A DNA stretch of 6,334 bases from a virus. Its lineage: Duplodnaviria > Heunggongvirae > Uroviricota > Caudoviricetes. Each line of letters begins with the position of its first letter. Within the stretch, counting starts at the first letter, position 1. This document shows positions 5,336-6,334 of this stretch, one piece after another. The stretch lies in the IMG/VR virus record IMGVR_UViG_2711768006_000001; one strand, written 5' to 3'. A program made the translations under genes and the position numbers. The notes beneath the pieces are model-generated. The model saw nothing but the letters and a program-made list of their open reading frames with translations. It had not been told where the DNA came from and did no database searches.

Positions 5336-6334
5336 TCTTCTCCTCCTCTGTTGATTGTCGCAGCCCGGATTCAAATGCCGCAGCCGCCCAGGCGGGCGGT
5401 TTAAGACCAGCTGCGCGGCGCTCCATCGTTTCACGGACCTGCTGGGCAAAAATTTCCTGATAGTCGTCACCGCGTTTCGCGCACTCTTTCTCGTAGGTGC
5501 TCAGTCCGGCTTCTATCAGCATCACCGCTTCCTGAACTTCTTTCAGACCATCGATGGCCATACGACCGGAGCCTATCCAGTCGCAGTTCCCCCAGGCACT
5601 GCGGGCTTCCTGAAAACTGAAGCGCGCTTTTGAAGGTAACGTCACCACGCGGCGAACGATGGCCTCTTCCAGCCAGCACAGAAACATCTGGCTCGCCTGA
5701 CGGGATGCGACGAATTTTCGCCGCCCCATAAAGTACGCCCACGACTCGTTCGCACTGGCCCGTGCCGTGGAGTAGCTCATCTGGGCGTAATTCCGGGAAA
5801 GTTGCTCATACGAGACACCCAGCCCGGCAGCGATATACCGCAACAGTGACTGCTCAAACACGGAGTAGCCGTTATCCGTGTCCTGAGCCGTCTGCAGGTT
5901 CAGTGAGTCCCCCGGCATCAGGTGCGGCACTTTTGCGCCTCCCAGACGGACCGGTGCTGCGGCGTAATACGCGGCAATTTCACCAATCCAGCCCGTCAGC
6001 CTTTCCCGCTGCTCCTTACTGTTCGCGCCCAGAATAAAATCCATCGCTGACTGCGTATCCAGCTCACTTTCAATGGTGGCGGCATACATCGCCTTCACAA
6101 TGGCGCTCTGCAGCTGCGTGTTCTGCAGCGTGTCGAGCATCTTCATCTGCTCCATTACGCTGTAAAACACATTTGCACCGCGGGTCTGCCCGTCCTCCAC
6201 GGGTTCAAAAACGTGAATGAACGAGGCGCGCCCGCCGGGTAACTCACGGGGTATCCATGTCCATTTCTGCGGCATCCAGCCAGGATAGCCGTCCTCGCTG
6301 ACGTAATATCCCAGCGCCGCACCGCTGTCATTAA
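5316..6334 (-). CDS. B: Portal protein gpB, C-terminal roughly 339 codons; 5' end beyond window
   Basis: Translation ...YYVSEDGYPGWMPQKWTWIPRELPGGRASFIHVFEPVEDGQTRGANVFYSVMEQMKMLDT...STEEEKSDSRAA matches the lambda gpB C-terminal region. The frame is open to the window end; TAA stop at 5316-5318. Confidence 0.92.
   Translation of the reverse strand, partial: NDSGAALGYYVSEDGYPGWMPQKWTWIPRELPGGRASFIHVFEPVEDGQTRGANVFYSVMEQMKMLDTLQNTQLQSAIVKAMYAATIESELDTQSAMDFILGANSKEQRERLTGWIGEIAAYYAAAPVRLGGAKVPHLMPGDSLNLQTAQDTDNGYSVFEQSLLRYIAAGLGVSYEQLSRNYAQMSYSTARASANESWAYFMGRRKFVASRQASQMFLCWLEEAIVRRVVTLPSKARFSFQEARSAWGNCDWIGSGRMAIDGLKEVQEAVMLIEAGLSTYEKECAKRGDDYQEIFAQQVRETMERRAAGLKPPAWAAAAFESGLRQSTEEEKSDSRAA

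Noticed and set aside
4517-5470. 317-aa track ORF starting at the ATG at 5470 and running through the N-run
   Set aside because: The first 45 codons are B coding sequence read in the C frame; the real C start is the GTG at 5335 with a strong SD. The stretch after the N-run is out of frame with the genuine C C-terminus.
5355-6037. Plus-strand ORFs 5355-5633 and 5762-6037, and minus-strand ORF 5467-5742 in an alternate frame
   Set aside because: All lie within portal gene B, either antisense or out of frame. They have low-complexity Arg/Ser/Pro-rich translations and are not supported.
1-6334. Searched for CRISPR repeats, tRNA/rRNA, att sites, integrase or transposase genes
   Set aside because: No regularly spaced direct repeats, no tRNA-like or rRNA-like sequence, and every readable ORF is accounted for by lambda structural genes. 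Integration and mobility genes would lie outside this window.

Overview
This window is the late head-and-tail morphogenesis operon of phage lambda or a very close lambdoid (pro)phage, encoded entirely on the minus strand. The translated ORFs match, from memory, lambda gpG, gpV, gpU, gpZ, gpFII, gpFI, gpE, gpD, gpC/Nu3 and gpB, in the canonical order. Reading right to left: B (portal, 5' end off-window) > C/Nu3 (head protease/scaffold) > D (decoration) > E (major capsid) > FI > FII > Z > U > V (major tail tube) > G > the G-T frameshift site, with T running off the left edge. Every boundary that is visible reproduces lambda's gene lengths, spacings and overlaps. I see no rRNA, tRNA, CRISPR array or obvious mobile element. 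Three N-runs (1376-1553, 3622-4019, 4610-4924) and one ambiguous base (1344) interrupt Z/U, D and C. Their lengths do not match the lambda sequence they replace, and the sequence just left of the first gap breaks the U reading frame. That junction and the gap-size mismatches are the only real anomalies. I see no evidence of a new biological system in the readable sequence; the rest is well-characterised lambda biology with a few clear sequence-level signals (the GGGAAAG slippery site, a hairpin between E and FI, coupled and overlapping starts). Plus-strand ORFs in the track are antisense artefacts.
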